Below are positions 36,306-45,002 of a DNA stretch of 64,000 nt, piece after piece. The stretch spans positions 1,797 through 65,796 of the forward strand of contig JAYFRN010000030.1 of the NCBI GenBank assembly GCA_034925865.1. Direction: 5' to 3'. Each line of letters opens with the position of its first letter. The stretch's first letter is position 1. The notes under the pieces were generated by a model that did no database searches, was not told the DNA's origin, and saw only the letters and a program-made list of their open reading frames with translations. Origin of the DNA: Oscillospiraceae bacterium. GTDB lineage: Bacteria; Bacillota; Clostridia; Oscillospirales; SIG627. Made by a program: the position numbers and the translations under genes.

Positions 36306-37499
36306 ATGGTACCAGATATCAACACGCTTATAATCGGATTCCTCGCACTGATCTTTTCCGGAGTGTTATCTTTCGCGCTGACACCTCTAGTACGTGTTTT
36401 CGCGATCAAAATCGGGGCGGTAGATGTGCCGAAGGACGAAAGGCGGATGCATAAAAATCCGACTCCACTTCTCGGCGGGCTGGCAATATATATCGCGTTT
36501 GCAGTGACTGTTCTGATGTTCGGTAATCTTGACAGGCAGACGTGGGGGCTTCTGATCGGATCGGCTGCAATTGTCACGGTCGGCGTGATTGATGATATAT
36601 ATGATCTCAATCCGTGGGTCAAGCTTGGCGGACAGATAATTGCCGCCTCTGTTCCCGTGCTTATGGGACAGGTTATCTCATATATAAATATCTTCGGGAA
36701 TTATATCTTTTTTGGCTCGTGGAGTATTCCGGTCACGATATTCTGGATTGTCCTGCTTACTAACGCTGTAAATCTGATAGACGGGCTTGACGGGCTGGCA
36801 TGCGGTGTTTCGACAATATCCGCGGTCAGTCTGATGGTTTTCGCAATTTTAAGGGCGGAACCGTCTGTGGCACTCATTACCGCTATTTTAACCGGCGCAT
36901 GTATTGGCTTTTTACCTTCAAATTCAAATCCGGCGAAAATATTCATGGGCGATACCGGAGCGCTTTCGCTTGGATATATTCTGGCTGTTTTGTCTATACA
37001 GGGACTTTTCAAATTCAGCGCGGTCATTTCCTTCGTTATACCCTTCATGATGTTCGGACTTCCTTTCGGAGATACATTCATCGCTTTTTTCCGCCGCCTG
37101 CTATCAGGGAAAGATCCGTTCAAAGGAGACCGCAGTCATCTGCATCACAAGCTTATCGATCTCGGCTTTTCGCAGAAACAATCGGTCACTATTCTATACT
37201 GCATCAGCGCTATATTCGGCATAGCCGCTATCATGTTTTCGGAAGAACGTATAGCGGCGGCCGTCATGGTTATAATTGTGGCAATAATTATTGCTTTACT
37301 AAACTGGAAGGTTTTTCATTCCGATGACAGCACGCGCAAAATGACAGGCTTTGACCTCGCTCAAAGAGATTCAAAAAACATCAATGCTTCTCCCGAAAGT
37401 TCTGATACCGGCCTAGACAAAACATCGGAAAAGACAGACGCTCCGCATGAAACGGTCTCGGCTGTTTCTTCCGCCGCTCCGGCTTTTGTAAAAAAATGA
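36306..37499 (+). CDS. Polyprenyl-phosphate HexNAc-1-phosphate transferase (MraY/WecA/TagO family, GT4)
   Basis: About 397 aa and multi-TM, with PTPLLGG and NAVNLIDGLDGLA motifs. Start taken at ATG 36306; the ORF track starts at 36276. Confidence 0.85.
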   Translation: MVPDINTLIIGFLALIFSGVLSFALTPLVRVFAIKIGAVDVPKDERRMHKNPTPLLGGLAIYIAFAVTVLMFGNLDRQTWGLLIGSAAIVTVGVIDDIYDLNPWVKLGGQIIAASVPVLMGQVISYINIFGNYIFFGSWSIPVTIFWIVLLTNAVNLIDGLDGLACGVSTISAVSLMVFAILRAEPSVALITAILTGACIGFLPSNSNPAKIFMGDTGALSLGYILAVLSIQGLFKFSAVISFVIPFMMFGLPFGDTFIAFFRRLLSGKDPFKGDRSHLHHKLIDLGFSQKQSVTILYCISAIFGIAAIMFSEERIAAAVMVIIVAIIIALLNWKVFHSDDSTRKMTGFDLAQRDSKNINASPESSDTGLDKTSEKTDAPHETVSAVSSAAPAFVKK

Positions 37500-38293
37500 A
37501 AATCAGCGAAATTGCGAAGCGCATAGTAAAAACAGCCGCGGGCCTTTCAGCGATCGCGGTGATTTGCTTTGCGCTTCTTTTCTTTATAGTCAAATATGAA
37601 ATTTTTACTCTGCCTGATTTTATAAAGGAAATATTTGTTAAAACGCCTGAAACCGTCCCCAAATCCGAACCTGATGAGGAGGACATTTTTACCGTTCTGA
37701 AAAGCCCTGACGCATATTGTGATAAATATACCTTTACCGAATTGACAATAAAAGCCGCACGCTCATTGCTTTCTTCCATTTCGGAACCGGCCACGTTTTA
37801 TCGTGAAAGTCAGGTGACGCTGCGTGACGGAGCTGACGAAATGACGTCACTATGCAAAATATACAAGGATAAAGAAAAGTTCAAACTTTACATTTCGGGC
37901 GAAGACGAGCGAACTGTTATCCATTCAGGCGGGAAAACATATATCTGGACATCCCTTACCGGGAAAAGTGTCGTGTATAATTCCGACAGCTTTTCATATT
38001 GTGAAGAGACAGGAATATGCGATATTTCTTATTTTCTATCCGAGGGAGACAACGCTTTGAGCGAGATCAGGCTTGCCCAGACCAATTACGGCAGCTATTT
38101 ATATATATCATTTACTTATGAGCCGCTCAATCAGCGCGAGGAATACATCATATCGCTTGATTACGGAATAGTCGATCGGGCTTATTGTTATGAATCCGAC
38201 AAGCTTGTTTATACCATGAAAACCGATAAATTCACACCTGTTGAATCATTAGACTTAGACGCACAGGCGTTTGAAATTCCAATTTCAAAATAA
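37496..38293 (+). CDS. Hypothetical membrane-anchored protein
   Basis: 265 aa. ATGA overlap with the preceding gene. One N-terminal TM (AAGLSAIAVICFALLFFIV) followed by a soluble domain with no motif I recognise. Confidence 0.6.
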   Translation: MKISEIAKRIVKTAAGLSAIAVICFALLFFIVKYEIFTLPDFIKEIFVKTPETVPKSEPDEEDIFTVLKSPDAYCDKYTFTELTIKAARSLLSSISEPATFYRESQVTLRDGADEMTSLCKIYKDKEKFKLYISGEDERTVIHSGGKTYIWTSLTGKSVVYNSDSFSYCEETGICDISYFLSEGDNALSEIRLAQTNYGSYLYISFTYEPLNQREEYIISLDYGIVDRAYCYESDKLVYTMKTDKFTPVESLDLDAQAFEIPISK

Positions 38294-38656
38294 AAAGACA
38301 TATAATAAAACACAGACGAGAACTATATCGACTTCGCCGTTCTGAGATACGATAAAGGCAATCAGCGCGATGAGTATCAGGTCATCCGTATCGATATTCG
38401 CAAGATTTGACGCAATAGCAGGAAGCCCGCTTTTAACGGGCGGAGCTTCATGAGCATTTTTATCGGCGGGCTGGAAGTCATGTCTGGAGTTTGGCTCCTG
38501 CGGTGTGCGTATCTGAGGAATGCCGTTTGTAAAACTGGTAGGGACAATACGAGGTTGAGATGAAGCAGGCCGAAAAGACTTATCCAATCCGCCTTCTTTG
38601 ATTTTTTTTATATATTCTTCACGTTCCTTGGTGTAATTCAGGCTGCCTGAATACAT
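38285..38656 (-). CDS. Hypothetical protein with a C-terminal hydrophobic tail
   Basis: 123 aa. AGGAGG lies ~6 nt upstream of the ATG. Pro/Gln-rich middle region, and a C-terminal LILIALIAFIV...VLVCVLLYVFLF. Confidence 0.6.
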   Translation of the reverse strand: MYSGSLNYTKEREEYIKKIKEGGLDKSFRPASSQPRIVPTSFTNGIPQIRTPQEPNSRHDFQPADKNAHEAPPVKSGLPAIASNLANIDTDDLILIALIAFIVSQNGEVDIVLVCVLLYVFLF

Positions 38657-38670
38657 GCCGCCCTCCTTTA

Positions 38671-39063
38671 TTAAAGCAGAAGATCCTTTGCGGAATACAG
38701 AGTGTCAAGCGTCTTCATGGTTTTTACTACGTTATCGAGCTTTACGCGTTTTTCATTACTTACGAAAGGCTTCAAAGCACATAAAAGCTCGTTCCTCTCC
38801 TTGCATCCTTTTCCAAACAGCATTTTCAGTTCCGGCATATTGAGAAAATCCGATATTCCGCGTTTAATGCCGTCATCAGCAAATCCGCCTCCCGTGCTGT
38901 CATTTTGCTGGTTACCGGCAGGAACGGCTGTTTCGGGCTGAGAATGCTGATGCTCGTTTGGTTCGTTCTGCGGGAGATTCAGGGTTTTTGCGACAGCTGC
39001 TATGCGTTCTATTGCCTGCGGATCGGAAAGAATCGTTTTAAGCTTATCTGATAATCCATCCAA
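38671..39063 (-). CDS. Hypothetical protein
   Basis: 130 aa from a TTG start, with AGGTGA 6 nt upstream overlapping the previous stop. Central Q/N/P-rich linker and conserved-looking C-terminus ELLCALKPFVSNEKRVKLDNVVKTMKTL. Confidence 0.55.
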   Translation of the reverse strand: MDGLSDKLKTILSDPQAIERIAAVAKTLNLPQNEPNEHQHSQPETAVPAGNQQNDSTGGGFADDGIKRGISDFLNMPELKMLFGKGCKERNELLCALKPFVSNEKRVKLDNVVKTMKTLDTLYSAKDLLL

Positions 39064-39069
39064 ATATAC

Positions 39070-39342
39070 TCACCTCTGTGTTTTATTATCGCTGTTTGTT
39101 ACAGATTTTGCCGCTGACATTATTTGAGTGAGCTTATCCTCGCCAACAGCGGATGCGATAGTATTGAGATCCTGCTGTGATAACTGAGAAACTGTTTTTT
39201 TCAACTTAGGCATATCAGAAACAAAGCTTTTTGCTTTTTCCTGGCTGACGCCCAATGCAGTGGCCAGCATAAGTATCTGATCCCTTAAAAGCCCGTCGTC
39301 GGCTTCGGCAAGCTTATCAAGCACGTTTTTGTCAATTTCCAT
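39070..39342 (-). CDS. Hypothetical small helical protein
   Basis: 90 aa with GGGAG 8 nt upstream of the ATG. First gene of a three-gene minus-strand operon. Confidence 0.6.
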   Translation of the reverse strand: MEIDKNVLDKLAEADDGLLRDQILMLATALGVSQEKAKSFVSDMPKLKKTVSQLSQQDLNTIASAVGEDKLTQIMSAAKSVTNSDNKTQR

Positions 39343-39434
39343 ATAATTACTCCCTTGTTAATTTTATTTGTATTCAGTTTATTTTATGCCAAATATTGTT
39401 CGTCTGTCACAACTTTCGAAAGGATATATTAATT

Positions 39435-39935
39435 ATGTATAAGTTTGTTCCTGATTTTTTACCTAATAAGGTTACCGTTTTTTCTATTATGGCAGCTGTT
39501 ATGACCGGAGTGAGCTTATATACCGCTTCGGTAATTCAGCAGTATAAATGGCTCTTTCAGATACTGGCTGTATTTTTCGCGGCTTCGTTTATACAGCTGA
39601 CCGTGCGATATATGCTGTCAAAAATGATATACATACTCGATGGGAACAAGCTTGTGGTGGTAAAGGAACAGGGAAAACGCGCCGAACAACTCTGCAAAAT
39701 TGATTTATCTGCGGGTATAGCAATATTATCAAAAAACGAATATAAATCACATGCGAAGGAATTTGGAAATGTCGCCATTGTCCGCAATTTCTGCCGTAAT
39801 TTTTTGCCGAGCGATGCTGAATATCTCCTTTTTGATTTTTCGGGAAAACTTGCGCTCGCGATATTTGAACCCGACACGGAAATGACTGTGGGAATAAACA
39901 ATGTCATCACGGATTCAAAGCAGAAAAATATTTAA
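39435..39935 (+). CDS. Hypothetical two-TM membrane protein
   Basis: About 166 aa from ATG 39435. Two N-terminal TM helices, then a ~100-aa soluble domain. Divergent from the three-gene operon. Confidence 0.55.
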   Translation: MYKFVPDFLPNKVTVFSIMAAVMTGVSLYTASVIQQYKWLFQILAVFFAASFIQLTVRYMLSKMIYILDGNKLVVVKEQGKRAEQLCKIDLSAGIAILSKNEYKSHAKEFGNVAIVRNFCRNFLPSDAEYLLFDFSGKLALAIFEPDTEMTVGINNVITDSKQKNI

Positions 39936-39973
39936 AAGTGAATAAATAATGCTTTTAAATTCACTTTTATTTC
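39934..39973 (+). terminator. Rho-independent terminator (AT-rich)
   Basis: AAAAGTGAAT ... ATTCACTTTT stem followed by ATTTC. Confidence 0.55.
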
Positions 39974-40063
39974 AGAATCATAACGAATTATTTTAATATT
40001 TGGAGCTTAGAATATACGCATGCAATTGAAATAATCAGATTGAATAATTGGGAGTGATTCTAT

Positions 40064-41254
40064 ATGAAAAAAACATCTGTGAATCGTAATGGCGTGAAGC
40101 TTAAAACAATAACGTTTATTGCCATTTGTCTTGCCGCAATTATGTGTGCGACATCATGTTCGTTTCTGACAGAGGGTATTAATACGCTCAAAGATGGCGA
40201 TAATACCGAGCAGACAGATACGGCAAGCCAAAATTCGTCAGAAAAAGGCGGAGTTAAAGCCGATCAGGTTGCGGAAAAGAGCGAACTGAGCAAGCTTATT
40301 GACGGGGCTGGTGCGTCTGACGGAAAACGTTCCGGAATCGCTGATATCATTGATGAAATCGCAGACAGTGTTGTGGCTATAAATGTATCGGGAACAGCCA
40401 CCGATTATTTTAACAGAACATATCCTACCGAAGGCAGCGGCAGTGGCGTCATCATCTCTACTGACGGATATATAATGACAAACAATCACGTCGTGACAGG
40501 CGGAAACAGCATAACGGTCTTTTTAAGAAACAAGGAATCATATCCTGCGACTGTCATCGGCGTGGATGAAGAAACAGATATCGCGGTATTAAAAATCAAT
40601 AAAACAGGTCTTGCTCCCGCGAGAATAGGCATTTCATCCACTTTACGCATAGGAGACATGACAATCGCAATAGGAAATCCCCTGGGCGAGCTCCAAGGTA
40701 CGGTTACCACAGGTATAGTCAGCGCGCTTGACAGGCAAATAACCATCGACGACCGCAGCATGGCACTTATGCAGACAGATGCGGCTATCAATCCGGGCAA
40801 CTCCGGCGGAGGGCTTTTTGACTCAAACGGAGATCTTATAGGCATTGTCACGGCAAAACAATCCGCCGCGGGTATAGAGGGACTCGGATTCTTCATTCCG
40901 GTTGATAACGCCAAGCCTATTGTCGCCGACCTTATCGAAAGCGGCTATGTGACCGGGCGTCCTTCTATCGGCATTGATACCATCACGATTTCATCAAAAT
41001 ACAGCGCGATGATCAATGGTGTGAACTGGCTCGGTGTTTATGTATACAATATGGATAGTGACGGCGCCGCGGCAAAGGCCGGTATAAAGAGGGCCGATTA
41101 TATTTCCTCGGTTGACGGTGAAACAATTTCAACGGAAGAACGTTTCTGGGAAATTATAAATTCAAAGAAAATCGGTGACAAAGTTGATATAGAAATAAAG
41201 CGTCAGAATGATACCATTACAATTACGGTGACGATTCAGGAAAAGAAATCATAA
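40064..41254 (+). CDS. htrA: HtrA/DegP-family (S1C) serine protease with a PDZ domain
   Basis: 396 aa with an N-terminal TM/signal anchor, catalytic triad contexts TNNHV, DIAVLK and GNSGGGLFD, and a C-terminal PDZ-like region. Confidence 0.9.
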   Translation: MKKTSVNRNGVKLKTITFIAICLAAIMCATSCSFLTEGINTLKDGDNTEQTDTASQNSSEKGGVKADQVAEKSELSKLIDGAGASDGKRSGIADIIDEIADSVVAINVSGTATDYFNRTYPTEGSGSGVIISTDGYIMTNNHVVTGGNSITVFLRNKESYPATVIGVDEETDIAVLKINKTGLAPARIGISSTLRIGDMTIAIGNPLGELQGTVTTGIVSALDRQITIDDRSMALMQTDAAINPGNSGGGLFDSNGDLIGIVTAKQSAAGIEGLGFFIPVDNAKPIVADLIESGYVTGRPSIGIDTITISSKYSAMINGVNWLGVYVYNMDSDGAAAKAGIKRADYISSVDGETISTEERFWEIINSKKIGDKVDIEIKRQNDTITITVTIQEKKS

Positions 41255-41264
41255 ATATTCATAA

Positions 41265-41305
41265 GGCATACCTGTAAATCGCATTTTCAGGTATGCCATT
41301 TATTA
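41265..41305 (+). terminator. Rho-independent terminator
   Basis: GGCATACCTG ... CAGGTATGCC followed by ATTTATTATT. Confidence 0.7.
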
Positions 41306-41441
41306 TTAACGCGTCAACAAATAATAACTGCTTTTAAGAAAAATGCTTTGATATTTTTTCTCTTGTTTAAAATTTTCATTATTATAATGCCGGGAAATGA
41401 CGATATATGAAGGGGAATTTATATTTAAAATTACATGGTGA

Positions 41442-41470
41442 TTGACTTTTTAGCCGATATGGGATATATT
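41442..41470 (+). promoter_or_regulatory. Candidate promoter of the corrinoid methyltransferase cluster
   Basis: TTGACT (41442-41447), 17-nt spacer, TATATT (41465-41470). This leaves a ~165-nt leader containing two hairpins. Confidence 0.45.
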
Positions 41471-41637
41471 GTAGACACCGGCTATCCACCGAAAAATGTC
41501 AGACAAGGTAACCTCTAATAACAAACTTACATCAAAAAAAGAACCAGCTGTTTCGCAATTGATTTTTATAATTTTGCGAAATATCATGTTTTTAAAGATT
41601 ACCTTAAGAAATATAAAAACAACCGGAGGAACAGCAA

Positions 41638-42279
41638 ATGCAGCAGACACTTATCGAGCTTTCGGCCTTGATACAAAGAGGCAGAGCAAAGCAAGTCGGG
41701 GAGCTTGTCACAAAAGCTCTTTCCGAAGGAATAGATCCGCAGACTATTTTAACAGATGGCATGATCTCCGCGATGAGCGAGGTCGGAGATAAATTCAAGA
41801 AGAACGAAATCCACGTTCCGGAGGTGCTTATTGCGGCGCGCGCGATGAATTCCGCTCTTGCGGTTTTGCGTCCCGAGCTGATCAAGGCCGGAGTAGAGCC
41901 TGTCGGCAAGGCAGTCATTTGCACCGTAGAGGGCGACTGCCACGATATCGGCAAAAACCTTGTAAAAATGATGATGGAGGGCGCGGGAATCGAATGTATC
42001 GATCTCGGCGTTGACGTAGGAAGTGACAGGATAATCGAAGCGGTAAAGGAAAGCGGAGCAAAGCTTGTTTGTCTTTCCGCGCTTCTGACCACCACGATGA
42101 TGTCACAGAAAAAAATTATAGATGACCTTAAAACAGCCGGTTTACGGGATAAAGTAAAGGTTATGGTCGGCGGGGCGCCGGTGACTCAGGGCTTTGCGGA
42201 TGAAATCGGAGCGGATGCTTATTCTCCTGACGCCGCGTCCGCCGCCCAAAAAGCGATTGAGCTTTTAAAGAGCTTCTGA
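41638..42279 (+). CDS. Corrinoid (B12-binding) protein of a methyltransferase system
   Basis: 213 aa with an N-terminal helical cap and a Rossmann B12 domain carrying DxHxxG (EGDCHDIGKN). GGAGG RBS. Confidence 0.9.
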   Translation: MQQTLIELSALIQRGRAKQVGELVTKALSEGIDPQTILTDGMISAMSEVGDKFKKNEIHVPEVLIAARAMNSALAVLRPELIKAGVEPVGKAVICTVEGDCHDIGKNLVKMMMEGAGIECIDLGVDVGSDRIIEAVKESGAKLVCLSALLTTTMMSQKKIIDDLKTAGLRDKVKVMVGGAPVTQGFADEIGADAYSPDAASAAQKAIELLKSF

Positions 42280-43838
42280 TGAAGAGCGAACCGGAAAATG
42301 TCACGGTAAAGCTGATACATCCGGTATATGGCGAAAAGCTTTTAACGCTTTCGCGCGGAGAGGCAATCATGCCGTATATCGCAAAGCTCGGCGCTTATGC
42401 GCCATGCGGCGGCAGGGGCAGTTGCGGGAAATGCCGGGTATTGGTTTCCGGCTGCGTGCCGTCTCCAAGTGAAAGAGATCTCGCCATGATATCCGATGAC
42501 GAGCTTAAAAGAGGCGTGCGCCTTGCCTGCATGTTGAGAGCGGAAAATATGATGACGATAGAAATATCCGAAATCATACGATCGGGAGAAATGGCTGTCG
42601 AAAAGGGAACTGACGAGACTTTCCTGTACTCGGGGCACGGCGTCTCGTTTGCGCTGGATATAGGCACTACTTCACTCGCGCTGGCGCTTGTAGACAACGC
42701 AAAAAAGAAAACCATAGAGGTGTTTTGCGCTGAAAACCCGCAGAAAGCTTTTGGCGCGGATGTGATGAGCCGTATCGAGTATTGCTCGCGCGGCGGCTTG
42801 AACGAGCTTAATTCATTAATAATATCAGAAATCAACGGACTGGTAAAAAAAGCAGCCGCCAAGTATGATGTGCCGGAGTCCGAAACAAACGGTATTTATG
42901 TATGCGGCAATATGACGATGCTGCATATACTGTTTGGCATAAATTGTACATCTATGGGCGTCGCGCCTTATAATCCTTTTTTTATTAATTCAAAAAACAT
43001 TCTGTGCGCGGATATCGGAATAAAGCTGCCGGGCTTTTGCCGGTCTCTTCCGGGTATTTCCGCGTTTGTCGGCGCGGATATCGTAGCGGGCATATATTCT
43101 GTAACATGTAAATTCGGATATCCCCCGGACGGCAAGTACGATATACTGATAGATCTCGGTACAAATGCCGAAATAGCGGTTTTCGATGCAAATGAATGCG
43201 TTGCTTCGGCGGCGGCCGCTGGTCCGTGCTTTGAAGGTGCGAATATAGAATGCGGCATGCCGGCCGTAACAGGAGCGGTATGCTCGTTTTGCCTTTCAAA
43301 CGGAAAAACACGGTATGAAACGATAGGAAAAGCCGAGCCCGGAGGAATATGCGGCACGGGCTTGATCGACGCCGTGGCATTTCTGCTTCGCGAGGGGTTG
43401 ATAGACGAAACCGGAGCCTTCGAGGGAAGCGAAAGATACGATATCGCTCCCGGAGTTTACATATCTCAGCGCGATATCCGCGAGTTTTCGCTCGCAAAAT
43501 CCGCTGTCCGCGCAGCGACGGAGGTTTTGATAAATATTAAGGGCGCTTGCTTTGACAGCATACGCAATGTATATGTCGCCGGAGGCTTTTCATCGGCAAT
43601 TAACATAAGTAACGCCTGCGAAGTAGGACTTTTCCCGAAAAAGCTCGCCAAAAAGCTCATACCTGTATCAAATTCGGCACTGTCAGGAACACTTTTCTCG
43701 CTGCTTTCGGGTGAATTGCCGTCGGAAAGCCAGGCGCTTGCGCGTATCTGCAAGGGAGCAAGATATATCGACCTGGCAAAGCAAGCTTTATTTACGGATA
43801 AATTCATACAGAACATGACGTATGAAGAAACATATTAA
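42279..43838 (+). CDS. Corrinoid activation/regeneration protein (RACE/RamA-like; 2Fe-2S ferredoxin + ASKHA ATPase)
   Basis: 519 aa with N-terminal CGGRGSCGKCRV and an ASKHA-like body (DIGTTSLALALVD, IDLGTNAEIAV). The start overlaps the previous stop (TGATG). Confidence 0.85.
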   Translation: MKSEPENVTVKLIHPVYGEKLLTLSRGEAIMPYIAKLGAYAPCGGRGSCGKCRVLVSGCVPSPSERDLAMISDDELKRGVRLACMLRAENMMTIEISEIIRSGEMAVEKGTDETFLYSGHGVSFALDIGTTSLALALVDNAKKKTIEVFCAENPQKAFGADVMSRIEYCSRGGLNELNSLIISEINGLVKKAAAKYDVPESETNGIYVCGNMTMLHILFGINCTSMGVAPYNPFFINSKNILCADIGIKLPGFCRSLPGISAFVGADIVAGIYSVTCKFGYPPDGKYDILIDLGTNAEIAVFDANECVASAAAAGPCFEGANIECGMPAVTGAVCSFCLSNGKTRYETIGKAEPGGICGTGLIDAVAFLLREGLIDETGAFEGSERYDIAPGVYISQRDIREFSLAKSAVRAATEVLINIKGACFDSIRNVYVAGGFSSAINISNACEVGLFPKKLAKKLIPVSNSALSGTLFSLLSGELPSESQALARICKGARYIDLAKQALFTDKFIQNMTYEETY

Positions 43839-43848
43839 ACAAAAATTT

Positions 43849-43893
43849 TTATTAATTCGGCAACAAGGATTATTTAATTGCCGTTTTAATAAT
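43849..43893 (+). repeat. Family-2 element, short (internally deleted) form
   Basis: TTATTAATTCGGCAA-CAAGG-ATTATTTAATTGCCGTTTTAATAAT: the two TIRs joined directly, forming a hairpin. Confidence 0.7.
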
Positions 43894-43936
43894 GAATAAC
43901 AGAGACAAAATATAACAAAACGAATCGGAGGCATTT

Positions 43937-44971
43937 ATGGCGTATAAAACCGTGCTTGATGATTTCAAAAAGTGTATTTCACGCGTAAAACCGGATAAAA
44001 TACCGGCTTTTGCCTGCAGCGAGGAATTCGACGTCCGAATGAGCGGGAATCTCTACTGTGATTATAATTCCGACTCAAAGATCATGGCTCAAACTCAGAT
44101 TGACGCCGTAAAGAGATTCGATTATGACTGGGCATGGCTTCAGGTCGACGATTGCATTGAATTCGAGGTGCTTGGGGTAGGCGTAAAGGGCAAGGGAAAC
44201 ATACTTCCCGCCACCTGCGATTATCGCCCGGCGAACTGGGATACGCTTAGCTCTCTGAAGCTTCCCAAGTTTAAAAAAGACGGCAGAATGCCGGTTCTGC
44301 TGGACGCGATTAAACGCGTAAAAGACGCTCTCGGAGAAAGTGTTGTAGTTGTAGGCAGAATACCCGCTCCGTTTTCTGCCGTAACGCTTTTATATGGCAT
44401 GAGCGAATCGCTTATAATGTTATATGACGATCCGGAGCTATTCAAAGCCACAGAGAAATTCTGTGAGGAGCTTGTCTGCGGTTTTGCCATAGCTCAGATA
44501 GAAGCCGGCGCGGATGCGCTCTGGGTCGGTGACTGCAACGCCTCCGGACACTTGATATCGCTTGATTTTTATAAAGAATTTGCTTTCTCCGGCGCAAAAG
44601 CCGCTGCTGACGCAATCAGGGATGCGGGGGGATATTCGATTTACCACGCGAGTGAACACGATCCTGAATATATAAAAAATATGATTCTGACAGGAGTCGA
44701 TGTTGTCAGCGCCGGACCCGGAATAGAAATATCGAAGGCGAAAGCCGTCTGCGATTTGCTTGACAAGGGCTGTATATGCGGAAATGTCGATCCGATTGGC
44801 ACTCTGCTATATGGCACCCGGGCGCAGGTACGAGCGGAAACGAAGCGCATACTCGATGCCGGGGCGCGTTCACCTGGATACATAGCGAACAGCGGCGAAA
44901 TGATACCGCGCGACGTACCGGAAGAAAACATACGCGCCATGATAGAAACAATAAAGGAATATAAAATTTAA
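43937..44971 (+). CDS. Uroporphyrinogen decarboxylase-family methyltransferase (MtaA/CmuA-like)
   Basis: 344 aa with a URO-D fold pattern and GGAGG RBS, in context with the corrinoid protein and RACE. Confidence 0.8.
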   Translation: MAYKTVLDDFKKCISRVKPDKIPAFACSEEFDVRMSGNLYCDYNSDSKIMAQTQIDAVKRFDYDWAWLQVDDCIEFEVLGVGVKGKGNILPATCDYRPANWDTLSSLKLPKFKKDGRMPVLLDAIKRVKDALGESVVVVGRIPAPFSAVTLLYGMSESLIMLYDDPELFKATEKFCEELVCGFAIAQIEAGADALWVGDCNASGHLISLDFYKEFAFSGAKAAADAIRDAGGYSIYHASEHDPEYIKNMILTGVDVVSAGPGIEISKAKAVCDLLDKGCICGNVDPIGTLLYGTRAQVRAETKRILDAGARSPGYIANSGEMIPRDVPEENIRAMIETIKEYKI

Positions 44972-45002
44972 AGACGCAAAACGCCTTATAATGAGGAGAG
45001 TT

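Noticed and set aside
41306-41637. Cobalamin riboswitch upstream of the corrinoid protein gene.
   Set aside because: No B12-box-like GCCACTG/AGYCMGG motif is visible. Only two simple hairpins are present.
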